Positions 20,451-29,516 of a stretch of DNA of 64,000 bases are shown here, in pieces; the stretch's first letter is position 1, and each line of letters opens with the position of its first letter. A program made the position numbers and the translations under genes. The stretch lies in assembly GCA_965198225.1 (NCBI GenBank), contig CBDAOY010000004.1, forward strand, positions 1 through 64,000, written 5' to 3'. Source of the stretch: Terriglobia bacterium. Its GTDB lineage: Bacteria > Acidobacteriota > Terriglobia > 20CM-2-55-15. The notes beneath the pieces are model-generated. The model did no database searches, was not told where the DNA came from, and was given only the letters and a program-made list of their open reading frames with translations.

Positions 20451-21464
20451 ATGGAAGTGGGTTACCAGGTCGGCCAGGTGGTCGACAGAGGCAGTATAGA
20501 CCTCCAGCTGCAGTGGCAATACCATCTGGAGCAGTTCCGCGCGGCGCGGGAAGCTGGCTTCGACATCTACTGCTGGGGGCACCACTACCTGATCGATCCC
20601 TTTCAGCACTTCCAGCCACTGCCGGTACTGGCTCGGCTGGCTGCAGAGCCGGGCGATATGAAGCTGGCGACATCCGCTCTGCTGCTTCCGTTGCTGAATC
20701 CTGTCGACGTTGCCGAGCAGGTGGCGACTTTGGACCATATCTGCGAGGGGCGCTTCATCCTCGGGCTCGGCCTGGGATACAGGCCGGAGGAGTGTGAGGC
20801 CTTTGGCACCAAGATGTCGGAGAGGGGCGCGCGTAATTCCGAAGCCCTGGAGCTGATGATCCGTCTGTGGACGGAAGAAGAAGTGACTCACCATGGACGC
20901 TTCTTCCAGGTCACCAATGCCCGTCCCACGGCACGAACGTTTCAAGACCCACATCCCAAGATCTGGCTGACCGGCATGAGCGACCGTGCTGTCCGGAGGG
21001 TCGGCCGGGAGGGACACACACTGTTTGTCGGGCCAGCCCAGACGTTCGAGACGATCCGGCGCCAGATCGACGTGTACCACGACGAATTAGCTCGGAGTGG
21101 TCACCAGGTTCCCGACGACATGGTCCTGATGAGAGAGTTCTTCTGCGCTGGCAGCCGAGATGCGGCGTTGGAGAAAGCGCGGGCGGGCCTACAGCGGAAG
21201 TATGAGGTGTACGGGCAACATGGCCTGCAGGGATCGAACGCCGAGCTGACCCGCACAGTGACCGGCGGCCTGGACGTTTTGACCGACGGTACTTTCATTT
21301 TTGGCAGCCCGTATGATTGCGTGGAACAACTCGCACGGTACAGGAAGTTGGGATTCACCACGGTCTGTCTGCGTCTCTTTTACCCTGGGATGTCTGAGCA
21401 GGAGGTACTCGATCACATCGAGCTGGTGGGTAAAGAGGTCCTGCCCGAACTGCATAGTCTGTGA
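20451..21464 (+). CDS. LLM-class flavin-dependent oxidoreductase
   Basis: GFD..GHH, LLPLLNPVDVAEQVATLDHICEGRFILGLGLGYR. Confidence 0.9.
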   Translation: MEVGYQVGQVVDRGSIDLQLQWQYHLEQFRAAREAGFDIYCWGHHYLIDPFQHFQPLPVLARLAAEPGDMKLATSALLLPLLNPVDVAEQVATLDHICEGRFILGLGLGYRPEECEAFGTKMSERGARNSEALELMIRLWTEEEVTHHGRFFQVTNARPTARTFQDPHPKIWLTGMSDRAVRRVGREGHTLFVGPAQTFETIRRQIDVYHDELARSGHQVPDDMVLMREFFCAGSRDAALEKARAGLQRKYEVYGQHGLQGSNAELTRTVTGGLDVLTDGTFIFGSPYDCVEQLARYRKLGFTTVCLRLFYPGMSEQEVLDHIELVGKEVLPELHSL

Positions 21465-21540
21465 CGCGCCAATCCCAGACGCCTTCGAAGGTGAAGTTCG
21501 GGACACAGTCGCCAAATCGACCATCACGATGGAGGACCGT

Positions 21541-22356
21541 ATGCGACCTGCTTATCGGACTACATTCTTGGGCTTGATCTGCCTGATATCGCCGGCATCG
21601 GCGCAGGTCCCGTCAATACCCCAGCCTGACAGCGTATTTCTCGAAGAGCTCACCTGGATGGAGGTCCGCGACGCCATTGCCGGCGGCAAGACAACCGTCA
21701 TCATTCCGACTGGCGGTACCGAACAGAACGGTCCTCACATGGCGCTCGGGAAACACAACTACCTGGTGCGGTACAAGGCCGGAGAGATTGCGATGCAGCT
21801 CGGGAATGCGCTCGTCGCCCCGGTTGTCGCCTACGTTCCTGAAGGCGAAATCGACCCACCCACCAGCCACATGCGCTTCGCCGGGACGATCTCAATACCG
21901 CAGGACGTATTCGCCAAAGTGCTCGAGTACGCCGCGCGAAGCTTCAAGCAGCACGGATTCCTCGATATTGCCCTCATCGGCGACAGCGGAGGGAACCAGG
22001 CAGGACAACAACTCGTCGCTGAGACCTTGAACACGGAATGGGCTTCCACCAAGGTGCGCGTCCATCACATCACCGCCTACTATCCTGGACGAGGCGACGA
22101 TTGGGTTGTCAGCCAGGGTGTCAGTGCCGCCGACGTCGGCTCACATGCGGGCACACACGACACATCGAGCCTGATGTACCTCAACCCCTCAATGTTGCGA
22201 TTCGACAGGATGGGGCCGGGAAAGTCAGGAGACGGGCAGGGGCATGTCGGTAATCCTGCCAAAGCCACTGCGTTGTTCGGCCGACATATTCTGGAGCTGC
22301 AGGTTGATGATGCCGTGAATCAGATTCAGGGGCTACGTGTGAGCAGCCGCCGCTGA
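21541..22356 (+). CDS. Secreted creatininase family amidohydrolase
   Basis: LEELTW, PTGGTEQNGPH, GDSGGN, HAG..DTS. Confidence 0.88.
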   Translation: MRPAYRTTFLGLICLISPASAQVPSIPQPDSVFLEELTWMEVRDAIAGGKTTVIIPTGGTEQNGPHMALGKHNYLVRYKAGEIAMQLGNALVAPVVAYVPEGEIDPPTSHMRFAGTISIPQDVFAKVLEYAARSFKQHGFLDIALIGDSGGNQAGQQLVAETLNTEWASTKVRVHHITAYYPGRGDDWVVSQGVSAADVGSHAGTHDTSSLMYLNPSMLRFDRMGPGKSGDGQGHVGNPAKATALFGRHILELQVDDAVNQIQGLRVSSRR

Positions 22357-22555
22357 GCTCGGATCTTGACGAGAAAACTAACCCCATGATCAAAAGGTAG
22401 AGCGAGTATGTCCGCTCAGCCAATCGTCCGCGACATCGAATCCCGTGATGAGGGCCAGCGCCCCAATCTGGGCCGCGATCATCCCCCGGGGTCAGATATA
22501 CGGGAAACTTTGGAAAGTCGGTTGGCAGGACCCCCCGGCAAAGAAAAGCGCGGGC

Positions 22556-24256
22556 CTACCCGAACGCGTCGGCAAACGCCTGTCTCTGCTGAACGCTACC
22601 CAGCATGATCAACTCTGCGCCCGGCTCCAGTCGCATCGAAGACTGCAGGCGCGTCAACATCTGTCCATTCTGGCTGACCGCGACCACGCTAAGCCCAGTT
22701 CGCGAGCCGATGCCAGTTTCCGCGAGTGTCTTCCCCTGCAGAGAAGGGGGGAGGTCGACCGTAAACAAGTCGACACCTTCCCCCAGGATGACGAGCTCAT
22801 GGCCTTGGAGCACGGAAAAGACGGCTTCAGCCCCAAGCGTTGAGTAGCTCAACACGAAGTCTGCCCCCGCCCGATGGATCGCTTCGAGGTTTCTCTCGTG
22901 CGTGACCCGGCTGACGATACGCAGATCTGGCTTGAGTCGCCGGCAGTACACGGCCAGGTACACGTTCATGGCGTCGTCATTCGTGGTCAGCAGCACCGAC
23001 GGAGCGTTCCCCAAGCCCGCCCTCATCAGGGCCTCCCGATCAGCAGCGTCACCTACGAAATGCTGATCGCAGATCCCGGCGAGTCTGTCGTGCGCCCGTT
23101 CGTCGCGTTCGAGCACGTGCACCGGAATACCCTTCCGCTTGAGCGCACGCGTCGCAGCGTGTCCCACCTTGCCCCCGCCGATGACCAGGATCGGTTCATC
23201 GTGCACATGAGGGTGCTGCAGTAGACCATTCAGCTCGCTGATCTGCTCCGGCGCGCCGACCACCACGACGACACTCTGATCGGCGATCTGGGTATCGGGA
23301 AACGCCGGTCGCAGGCGGCCGCGCTGCCAGACGCCGACGATGTTCAAGCCCATCGTTTCTCGCAGGCGCGTCTCGCGCACGATCTGTCCGGAGAGCGGGG
23401 TACTGCGCGCTGGGAACTCGGCGATCTGCAGTCCCTTGTAATTGCCGATCACGGCCGCGTCGCCGTGTCCGGCGCTGACGCGATTGGCGAGGTACTCGCC
23501 CAGACGCTGCTTCAGGGCAAGCACTTGCGTTGCGCCGCTGAGCTCCAAAATGTCGATCGAGTCCTGGTCCTCGACGACCGCGACGATCGGGACATCTCTG
23601 GTGACCTCACGGACCGTGAGGGTGAGGTTCGTGTTGGTCGTGTCCTCCCGGTTGGCGAGCACCAGCCGGGCCTGCTGAACGTGGACTCCTTCGTAGGTCG
23701 ACCGGTTGTCGATGTCGCCCGTGACGACAGAGATACCCTGGCTGAACATCTGTGCCGCAACGGCCGGATCGGGCTCGATCACGCAGTACGGTATCGCCTC
23801 GGGGCGCAGCCGTTCAATCAACCCAGCGGCGATCTCGTCGTGACGACTGATGATCACGTGCTCTCTTACCGAAGGCCGAAGCCGTCTCGGTGCTCTGAGT
23901 CTCACCTGAGCCTCGAGCCATGGAGCATAGAAGAAGCGGATAAAGGTGAAGGGGAGCACAACGAGCAGCAAGACAAGGCCTGACACCAGGACTAAGACGC
24001 TGAAAAGCCGGCCAATGTCCGTGGCGAATGTAATGTCACCAAAGCCGAGGGTCGTCATGGTGACGAGCGTCCAGTAGACGCCGGTAATCCAGGAGTGTGA
24101 CTGGTCCTCGACGCCGACCATGATCAACTGAAAGATCAGGGAGTAGATGAGGATGACAGCGAAGAGAAAGGCGAGGTAGCGGAGCAAGGCGAAGATGTTC
24201 CGGCGCATCTCGCCTTCGCTGAAGATATAAGAGAACTGGCTGCTAAAGAGCTTCAT
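22556..24256 (-). CDS. Potassium channel with tandem RCK (TrkA-N/TrkA-C) domains
   Basis: TMTTLGFGD selectivity filter; two RCK pairs (IGGGKVG). Confidence 0.92.
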   Translation of the reverse strand: MKLFSSQFSYIFSEGEMRRNIFALLRYLAFLFAVILIYSLIFQLIMVGVEDQSHSWITGVYWTLVTMTTLGFGDITFATDIGRLFSVLVLVSGLVLLLVVLPFTFIRFFYAPWLEAQVRLRAPRRLRPSVREHVIISRHDEIAAGLIERLRPEAIPYCVIEPDPAVAAQMFSQGISVVTGDIDNRSTYEGVHVQQARLVLANREDTTNTNLTLTVREVTRDVPIVAVVEDQDSIDILELSGATQVLALKQRLGEYLANRVSAGHGDAAVIGNYKGLQIAEFPARSTPLSGQIVRETRLRETMGLNIVGVWQRGRLRPAFPDTQIADQSVVVVVGAPEQISELNGLLQHPHVHDEPILVIGGGKVGHAATRALKRKGIPVHVLERDERAHDRLAGICDQHFVGDAADREALMRAGLGNAPSVLLTTNDDAMNVYLAVYCRRLKPDLRIVSRVTHERNLEAIHRAGADFVLSYSTLGAEAVFSVLQGHELVILGEGVDLFTVDLPPSLQGKTLAETGIGSRTGLSVVAVSQNGQMLTRLQSSMRLEPGAELIMLGSVQQRQAFADAFG

Positions 24257-24316
24257 TGGTCGGCGTTGAGAGCGAGCATGCAATATACCTATTATATCGG
24301 TCCATCATGCTACGCG

Positions 24317-24697
24317 TTGCGCTTGACGACACAAACGGACTTTGCCCTGCGGACGCTGATGTACTTGGCCGCAAACGGCGAGCGGGTGACGGCAGGCCAG
24401 GTGGCCGAGTTGTTTGGCATTTCGGTGCACCATGTGGCCAAAGTTGGCGGCGGTATCGAACTGGCGCGGCCGCCGGCGGCCATCACGATCGGGGAGATCA
24501 TCGTCGCTTTTGAGGGTACCGTCCACCTGCTGGACTGCATCGGCATGGACAACGTTTGTGTCATCGAACGCTTCTGCAAACTGAAGGGGGTGTTGGCCGA
24601 AGCGGAACGAATTCAGCGCGAGTACTTGTCCACGGTGACGCTGGACGAGGTGGTCCCGGCACGGCAACAACTCGAGCTTCTGTCGGCCGCACCGTAG
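24317..24697 (+). pseudogene. Rrf2/NsrR-like regulator with in-frame deletion in the winged HTH
   Basis: LRLTTQTDFALRTLMYL...HHVAKV joined directly to GGGIELAR; three C-terminal Cys retained. Confidence 0.7.
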
Positions 24698-24765
24698 ATC
24701 ACGGGAAACGATCCCGTCGAGTTTTCGTCACCAAACGGATTATTCAACCTGGAAAGGACTGACCC

Positions 24766-25302
24766 ATGCGAAGTTGGACTTGGCTCACTGTCACGATCAT
24801 GGCTGCCGTCGTTGCGGGCAGCATCGTTCTCGAAACCGAATCGCTCGTTGCGGCCCAGCAGCAACCGCCCGGTGCAGCCGTCGATCGGGCCCGCAAGACC
24901 ATCCAGATGCTGGACGGAATCTACAAACAGGCTGTCGTTCTCATTACCGACAAGTACGTCAACGACACCAGCGACTTTGCCGCCGGTAGCGCCGCCGTGC
25001 TCTGGTTCGACGCCATCACCAAAGGGGGCACCCACCAGGTTCGATTGATCGACGCCACAGGCGACCCGAACAATCCGGCGAATGTGGCGCAGAACGCGTT
25101 CGAGCGGGAGGGTATCCGGCAACTTCGAGAGGGAGAAGCCTACTACGAGCAGGTCGTCAACGAGGACGGCCAGTTTCACCTTCGCGCCGTGACGGCTGTC
25201 CCGGTCGTGATGGAGAAGTGTGTGATGTGTCACGCGCATTACTCCAACGCCGCGGAGGGCCTGGCAATCGGCGCGATCTCATACAGGATGCCGATCGAAT
25301 AG
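24766..25302 (+). CDS. DUF3365 (Tll0287-like) c-type heme protein
   Basis: Signal peptide; FEREGI, AVPVVMEKCVMCH, GAISY. Confidence 0.85.
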   Translation: MRSWTWLTVTIMAAVVAGSIVLETESLVAAQQQPPGAAVDRARKTIQMLDGIYKQAVVLITDKYVNDTSDFAAGSAAVLWFDAITKGGTHQVRLIDATGDPNNPANVAQNAFEREGIRQLREGEAYYEQVVNEDGQFHLRAVTAVPVVMEKCVMCHAHYSNAAEGLAIGAISYRMPIE

Positions 25303-25344
25303 CTGGGGGTGAGGCTAAGACCTTCGCACTTCAGTCCGATTCGT

Positions 25345-25481
25345 GACAGAGGCCGGCCGTAGTGTAAGCGTAGACAGAGGTATCGGTGGGCCGGGCTATT
25401 GAGCTTCGAAAAGTCGCAGTCTCAGGATGCCGACGCTCTGATGTAAGTGGAAAGAGACACGGCGGTTTGCGTTAGACGCGA
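25345..25481 (+). mobile_element. Degenerate group II intron domain I fragment
   Basis: aagcgtagacagaggtatcggtgggccgggctattgagcttcgaaa..caggatgccgacgc..gtggaa resembles conserved bacterial group II intron 5' sequence; no RT ORF or domain V seen. Confidence 0.6.
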
Positions 25482-25518
25482 GTGGCTCGTCGGTCCTGCG
25501 TAGTCGTCATCAGATTCA

Positions 25519-26517
25519 TCAACGCTCCCCGTATTCAGTGAGGTGGTCGATTAAGAGGGATGTCATCGGGTCGGGGGCAAGATCCGGGATCCAGTGGCTC
25601 ACGCCCTCCAAGATCTCGAAGCGATACGGTGCTTCGACGTACTGTTCGGTGAGGAGTGCGCCGTCGATACACAAAAACGTGTCTTCGTCACTCCACGTAA
25701 ACATCGTTGGAACTCCCACGGAACCCAATGCCTGCGTCTGTGGGCTGCGGGCGCTGAAGGCCGCACGATACCAGTTGAGCGCAGCCCCAAGCGCCTCCTT
25801 CGAGCCCAGCACACGAACGTATTCGTCGATCGCCTCCGCGTCCAAACCCTCAAAAACGCTGCGAAGCTGCGCGTTGTCGTTGGCCAGAAAAGCGTCTTCG
25901 GAATCCGGCTGGACGAAAACGTCAAAATACGATGATGCCTCGACCTGGCACGAGCCCGGGTCGCTCAAGACCACCTGAAAGGCATCGGGATGCGGGACCG
26001 ACACCGGGTTTGCCGTGATCACACGATCTGCGGCGACGACGGCAACGGACCACGCAATCACCGCGCCCCAATCGTGACCCACGATGTGGAACCGGTCTGC
26101 ACCGATAGCATCTGCCAACCCAATGACATCCTGAACCAGGAGCGGCACTGCATAGTCTCCGATGTTTGCTGGGCGGGCACCGGCGGAGTAGCCGCGCTGG
26201 TTCGGGGCCACGGCCCGGAATCCAGCAGCACCCAGCGCGCTGAGCTGATGCCGCCACTCGTAGGAAGTCTGAGGAAATCCGTGGAGGAGAATCACGACCT
26301 CCCCGTCAGCAGGCCCCGCCGTGCGAACGTCGAATGTGAAACCACCGATCTCAACTTCAATGAGGTCGATCTCGCGGCTGGATTCAGCCGGGTTGCCCCT
26401 CGTACCGGTCTGTGACGCCATGTCGTCTGAGGGAGCGCACCCGCACGCAAGTGAAATGACGACGGCGATTGCCTGGAGAGCGGGTTTGGGCACCACCAGA
26501 TTGTCCCGAATGATCAC
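25519..26517 (-). CDS. Alpha/beta hydrolase (epoxide hydrolase-like), possible lipoprotein
   Basis: LLHGFP, NQRGYS, GHDWGA, NWYRA, SHW. Confidence 0.9.
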   Translation of the reverse strand: MIIRDNLVVPKPALQAIAVVISLACGCAPSDDMASQTGTRGNPAESSREIDLIEVEIGGFTFDVRTAGPADGEVVILLHGFPQTSYEWRHQLSALGAAGFRAVAPNQRGYSAGARPANIGDYAVPLLVQDVIGLADAIGADRFHIVGHDWGAVIAWSVAVVAADRVITANPVSVPHPDAFQVVLSDPGSCQVEASSYFDVFVQPDSEDAFLANDNAQLRSVFEGLDAEAIDEYVRVLGSKEALGAALNWYRAAFSARSPQTQALGSVGVPTMFTWSDEDTFLCIDGALLTEQYVEAPYRFEILEGVSHWIPDLAPDPMTSLLIDHLTEYGER

Positions 26518-26741
26518 TTCGCCTCCTCGAATTGCGGATCTGTACGCGAGAACCCGACAAGTTTCGCTTCACGTTCAAATCGGGCGAGACCGTCGGCGTC
26601 CTCTGCAAACTCCGCAGATAGTGTCCGGAGGGCGACTTCACGCCCAAGCTTCATATCTCGGGCACGCAACACCTCTCCCATGCCGCCTCTTCCGAGCGGG
26701 GAGAGGATCTCGTGGCTGCCAAGTTGGGTGCCGGGGGGCAT
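26514..26741 (-). pseudogene. 5' stub of Ser/Thr kinase gene
   Basis: [45 protein letters not shown], then similarity is lost. Confidence 0.9.
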
Positions 26742-26979
26742 GTTCTAACGTGTGTCGAATCGATCCGCGAAAATCTCGGTAAAATACTACGGCAGGAAGG
26801 AGTGGGTAGCAATCAATCCGTCACATGCTTGAGTAACCGCCGATACGGGGCTTTCCGACAGAATCCACTTCGGAGCATAGGCGACTTGAACGAAGCCGCT
26901 GGCGCGGCGGACGCTACGCGTGTGCTGAGCGAAGAGTGATGAGCCCCCGATAGAGTGTGAGCCTCACAAGGAGGCTCAC

Positions 26980-27843
26980 ATGACGAAGCTGCGACAACGG
27001 AGCTGAACTATCTTCGATTCGGCGTATCTTCACGCGGTCGAAGACTTCGCCCGCTACTTCGGGAAGTCCCCCGACAAGCTCGAACAGGAACAGATGCGGC
27101 AGTACCAGCTGCATCTGCTTCAGGAGCGCAAGCTCGCTGTCGACACCATCATCGGACGGATCGCCGCACTCCGGTTCTTCTACGTGAAGGTGCTTCGCCG
27201 TCCCTATCACCAGGTCGATCTGGTCTATCCGAAACAGCCGTCCCGGTTGCCCACGATTCTGAGCGAAGAGGAAGTGGCGCAACTGCTGGCCTCCGCCAAC
27301 AGTGCCTATCACTTCGTCATCCTGATGACCTTGTATTCGACGGGACTGCGGCGGGCCGAGCTGTGTCGTCTGAAGGTCGAGGACGTCGATAGCGAACGCA
27401 TGGTGATCCATGTGAGGCAGGGTAAAGGCAATCGCGACCGCGACGTGCCGCTGTCACCGAAACTGCTGGAAGTCCTGCGCGACTACTGGCGTTGGCGGAA
27501 ACCCGGCGAGTACCTCTTCCCCAGTTTGCTCCGGACCCGGCCCGGACAGCCCATCGATGTGAAGACGGTTTGGTACGCCGTCCAACAAGCCGCCCAACGT
27601 GCCGGCATCAAAAAGAAAGTATCCCCACATACGCTGCGCCACAGCTGGGCCACCCACCTGCTGGAGAGGGGAACCGACCTGCGAACCATCCAGCTCCTGT
27701 TGGGTCATGTCGATCTGGAAGCGACGACCCTCTATCTCCATTTGTCTCAGGCGCACATGCAGCGCGTGGTGAACCCGATCGATTCTCTTCCGGTTCCCGA
27801 TCTGGGACCGTCTCCCCGTCTGAGAAAGAAGAAAGGCGAATGA
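26980..27843 (+). pseudogene. Tyrosine recombinase; 5' end disrupted, catalytic domain intact (open from ~27022, ATG at 27094)
   Basis: RBS + ATG at 26980 (MTKLRQR) hits TGA at 27004; downstream TGLRRAE, QGKG, HTLRHSWATHLLE, LLGH..TTLY. Confidence 0.85.
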
Positions 27844-29009
27844 GCCGGCCCGCCGTCGAGGTGGCCGACATCGTCCGCGCCCGGGTTCGAGGTTTCCTCC
27901 AGCGTCACCGCCTCGGCATCCAGAAGCTCAAGGTCCTGCGCGCCATCCTGAACTGTCGTACTGCGGCTCTGGGTGGCCACATCGACCGGTGTGCCGATTG
28001 TGGCCGGGAGTCCGGAATCTCGTTCAACTCCTGCCGCAACCGCCACTGCCCGAAGTGTCAGACCCAGGCCCGACGACGGTGGCTCGAAGCACGAGAAGCC
28101 GAACTGCTGCCCACCCCCTACTTCCACGTCGTGTTCACCGTCCCGCACCAGTTCCATCCGTTCTTCTTCCACAACCCTGCCCTACTCTACAGCCTGCTGT
28201 TTCGCAGCGTGGCCGACACGATGATCGAGGTGGCGGCCAATCCGAAACGACTCGGCGCCCGGATCGGCTTCTTCGGCATCCTGCATACCTGGAGTCAGAA
28301 CCTGGAGTTCCATCCCCACATCCACTGCGTGGTACCGGCCGGCGGACTGGCTCCGGATCAGTCCCGTTGGATTCCGGGTTCTGGGCGCTTCTTCCTCCCC
28401 AAGCAGGTGCTCGCCCGAGTCTTCCGTGGCAAGTTCATCGACGGGCTCGGGCGAGCGATCGCCGACGGTTCGCTCGAACTGTCCGGCTCGATTCGACCCT
28501 TCGGCGAACCGCAACACTTTCGGCGGTTCCGCCGCCAGATCCATTCCCGCAACTGGGTCGTCTATATCAAACGACCCTTTGGTGGCCCCGAACAGGTGCT
28601 CCGCTACCTGGGCCGCTACACCCATCGGGTCGCCATCTCCAACCATCGATTGATCTCGTTTGACGGTAACCGGGTCCGGTTCCGTTGGCGGGATTACCGC
28701 AATGGCAACAAGAGTCGCATCATGACACTCGCGGCCGACGAGTTCATCCGACGGTTCTTATTGCACGTTCTGCCGAAGGGCTTCGTCCGCATCCGACACT
28801 TCGGATTCATGGCCAACTACCGCCGGTCGGCCGCCTTCGCTCTCTGTCGCCAACTCCTCGATGCCATGCCGAGGGTCGAATCTGACGAAACCACCACCTC
28901 GAACTCTTCCTGGTCGTGTCCGCACTGTCAGGGACCGATGACTCTCATCCAACGCTTCACCGCTCTGCAACTCGTAGCGAGGCTCGCCTTCCAATGCGAT
29001 ACGTCCTAA
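27840..29009 (+). CDS. IS91-family transposase (Zn-binding + Y2)
   Basis: CRTAALGG, NSCRNRHCPKC, HVVFT, HTW..HPHIH (HUH), YLGRYTHRVAISN, RIRHFG. Confidence 0.93.
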   Translation: MSRPAVEVADIVRARVRGFLQRHRLGIQKLKVLRAILNCRTAALGGHIDRCADCGRESGISFNSCRNRHCPKCQTQARRRWLEAREAELLPTPYFHVVFTVPHQFHPFFFHNPALLYSLLFRSVADTMIEVAANPKRLGARIGFFGILHTWSQNLEFHPHIHCVVPAGGLAPDQSRWIPGSGRFFLPKQVLARVFRGKFIDGLGRAIADGSLELSGSIRPFGEPQHFRRFRRQIHSRNWVVYIKRPFGGPEQVLRYLGRYTHRVAISNHRLISFDGNRVRFRWRDYRNGNKSRIMTLAADEFIRRFLLHVLPKGFVRIRHFGFMANYRRSAAFALCRQLLDAMPRVESDETTTSNSSWSCPHCQGPMTLIQRFTALQLVARLAFQCDTS

Positions 29010-29349
29010 TCCTCCTTCACAAACCGACGACCGACGTGCGGTTCAGCCACGTCCTCGCCGGAGTGTGCCTCCGCTGCAAAATCCCCTCAGATCCCGTCCT
29101 TTCAACCCACCGATTCCCCGACCCAACTGCTTTCCGATTCACACCATCGACGCGGTCATCGACCGCCGGTCCCCCTCCTCGCCCCAACGCCACTCCAGAT
29201 CCGGCCCGCTTCCGGCTACTTTCTCCATAGCCCACCGCGTCCGCCGCATTCGGCCAGCGCCCTCCTTCAAGTCTTGTTATCGAAACTGCCGCGGTGGGAA
29301 CTTCTCGCTCATCCTGTGGCCGCGCTCGCCGCGGCACTTCCGATGAACG

Positions 29350-29467
29350 CTAACGACATTACAGAAAGGTGGATTGAAACAGCGTGGTGAATCGAGAGGT
29401 TCTGTGGGAGGCTCGAATCGCGAGGATTGGGGCAGGCACCCCTTCCTTCAGTTCTTCAAACCAGTTC
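29350..29467 (-). repeat. Right half of the kinase-junction repeat with 3' remnant NWFEELKEGVPA
   Basis: Aligns with 62312-62426. Confidence 0.8.
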
Positions 29468-29516
29468 TTGTCACTTCGCCAAGACGGTGGGTCCCATCCT
29501 TCCGCATGCTTGTGGT

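Larger units (their letters stand above)
26883..29360 (+). mobile_element. Two-gene tyrosine recombinase + IS91-type (HUH/Y2) transposase element
   Basis: Coupled int-tnp ORFs; imperfect IRs gacttgaa..cgctggc..gcggcggacgc (26883-26914 / 29237-29273); large hairpin 29277-29345; host repeat resumes at ~29354. Confidence 0.85.

Noticed and set aside
27094-27843. Integron integrase IntI
   Set aside because: The IntI-specific insertion is not evident, and the gene is coupled to an IS91 transposase, typical of the two-gene element.
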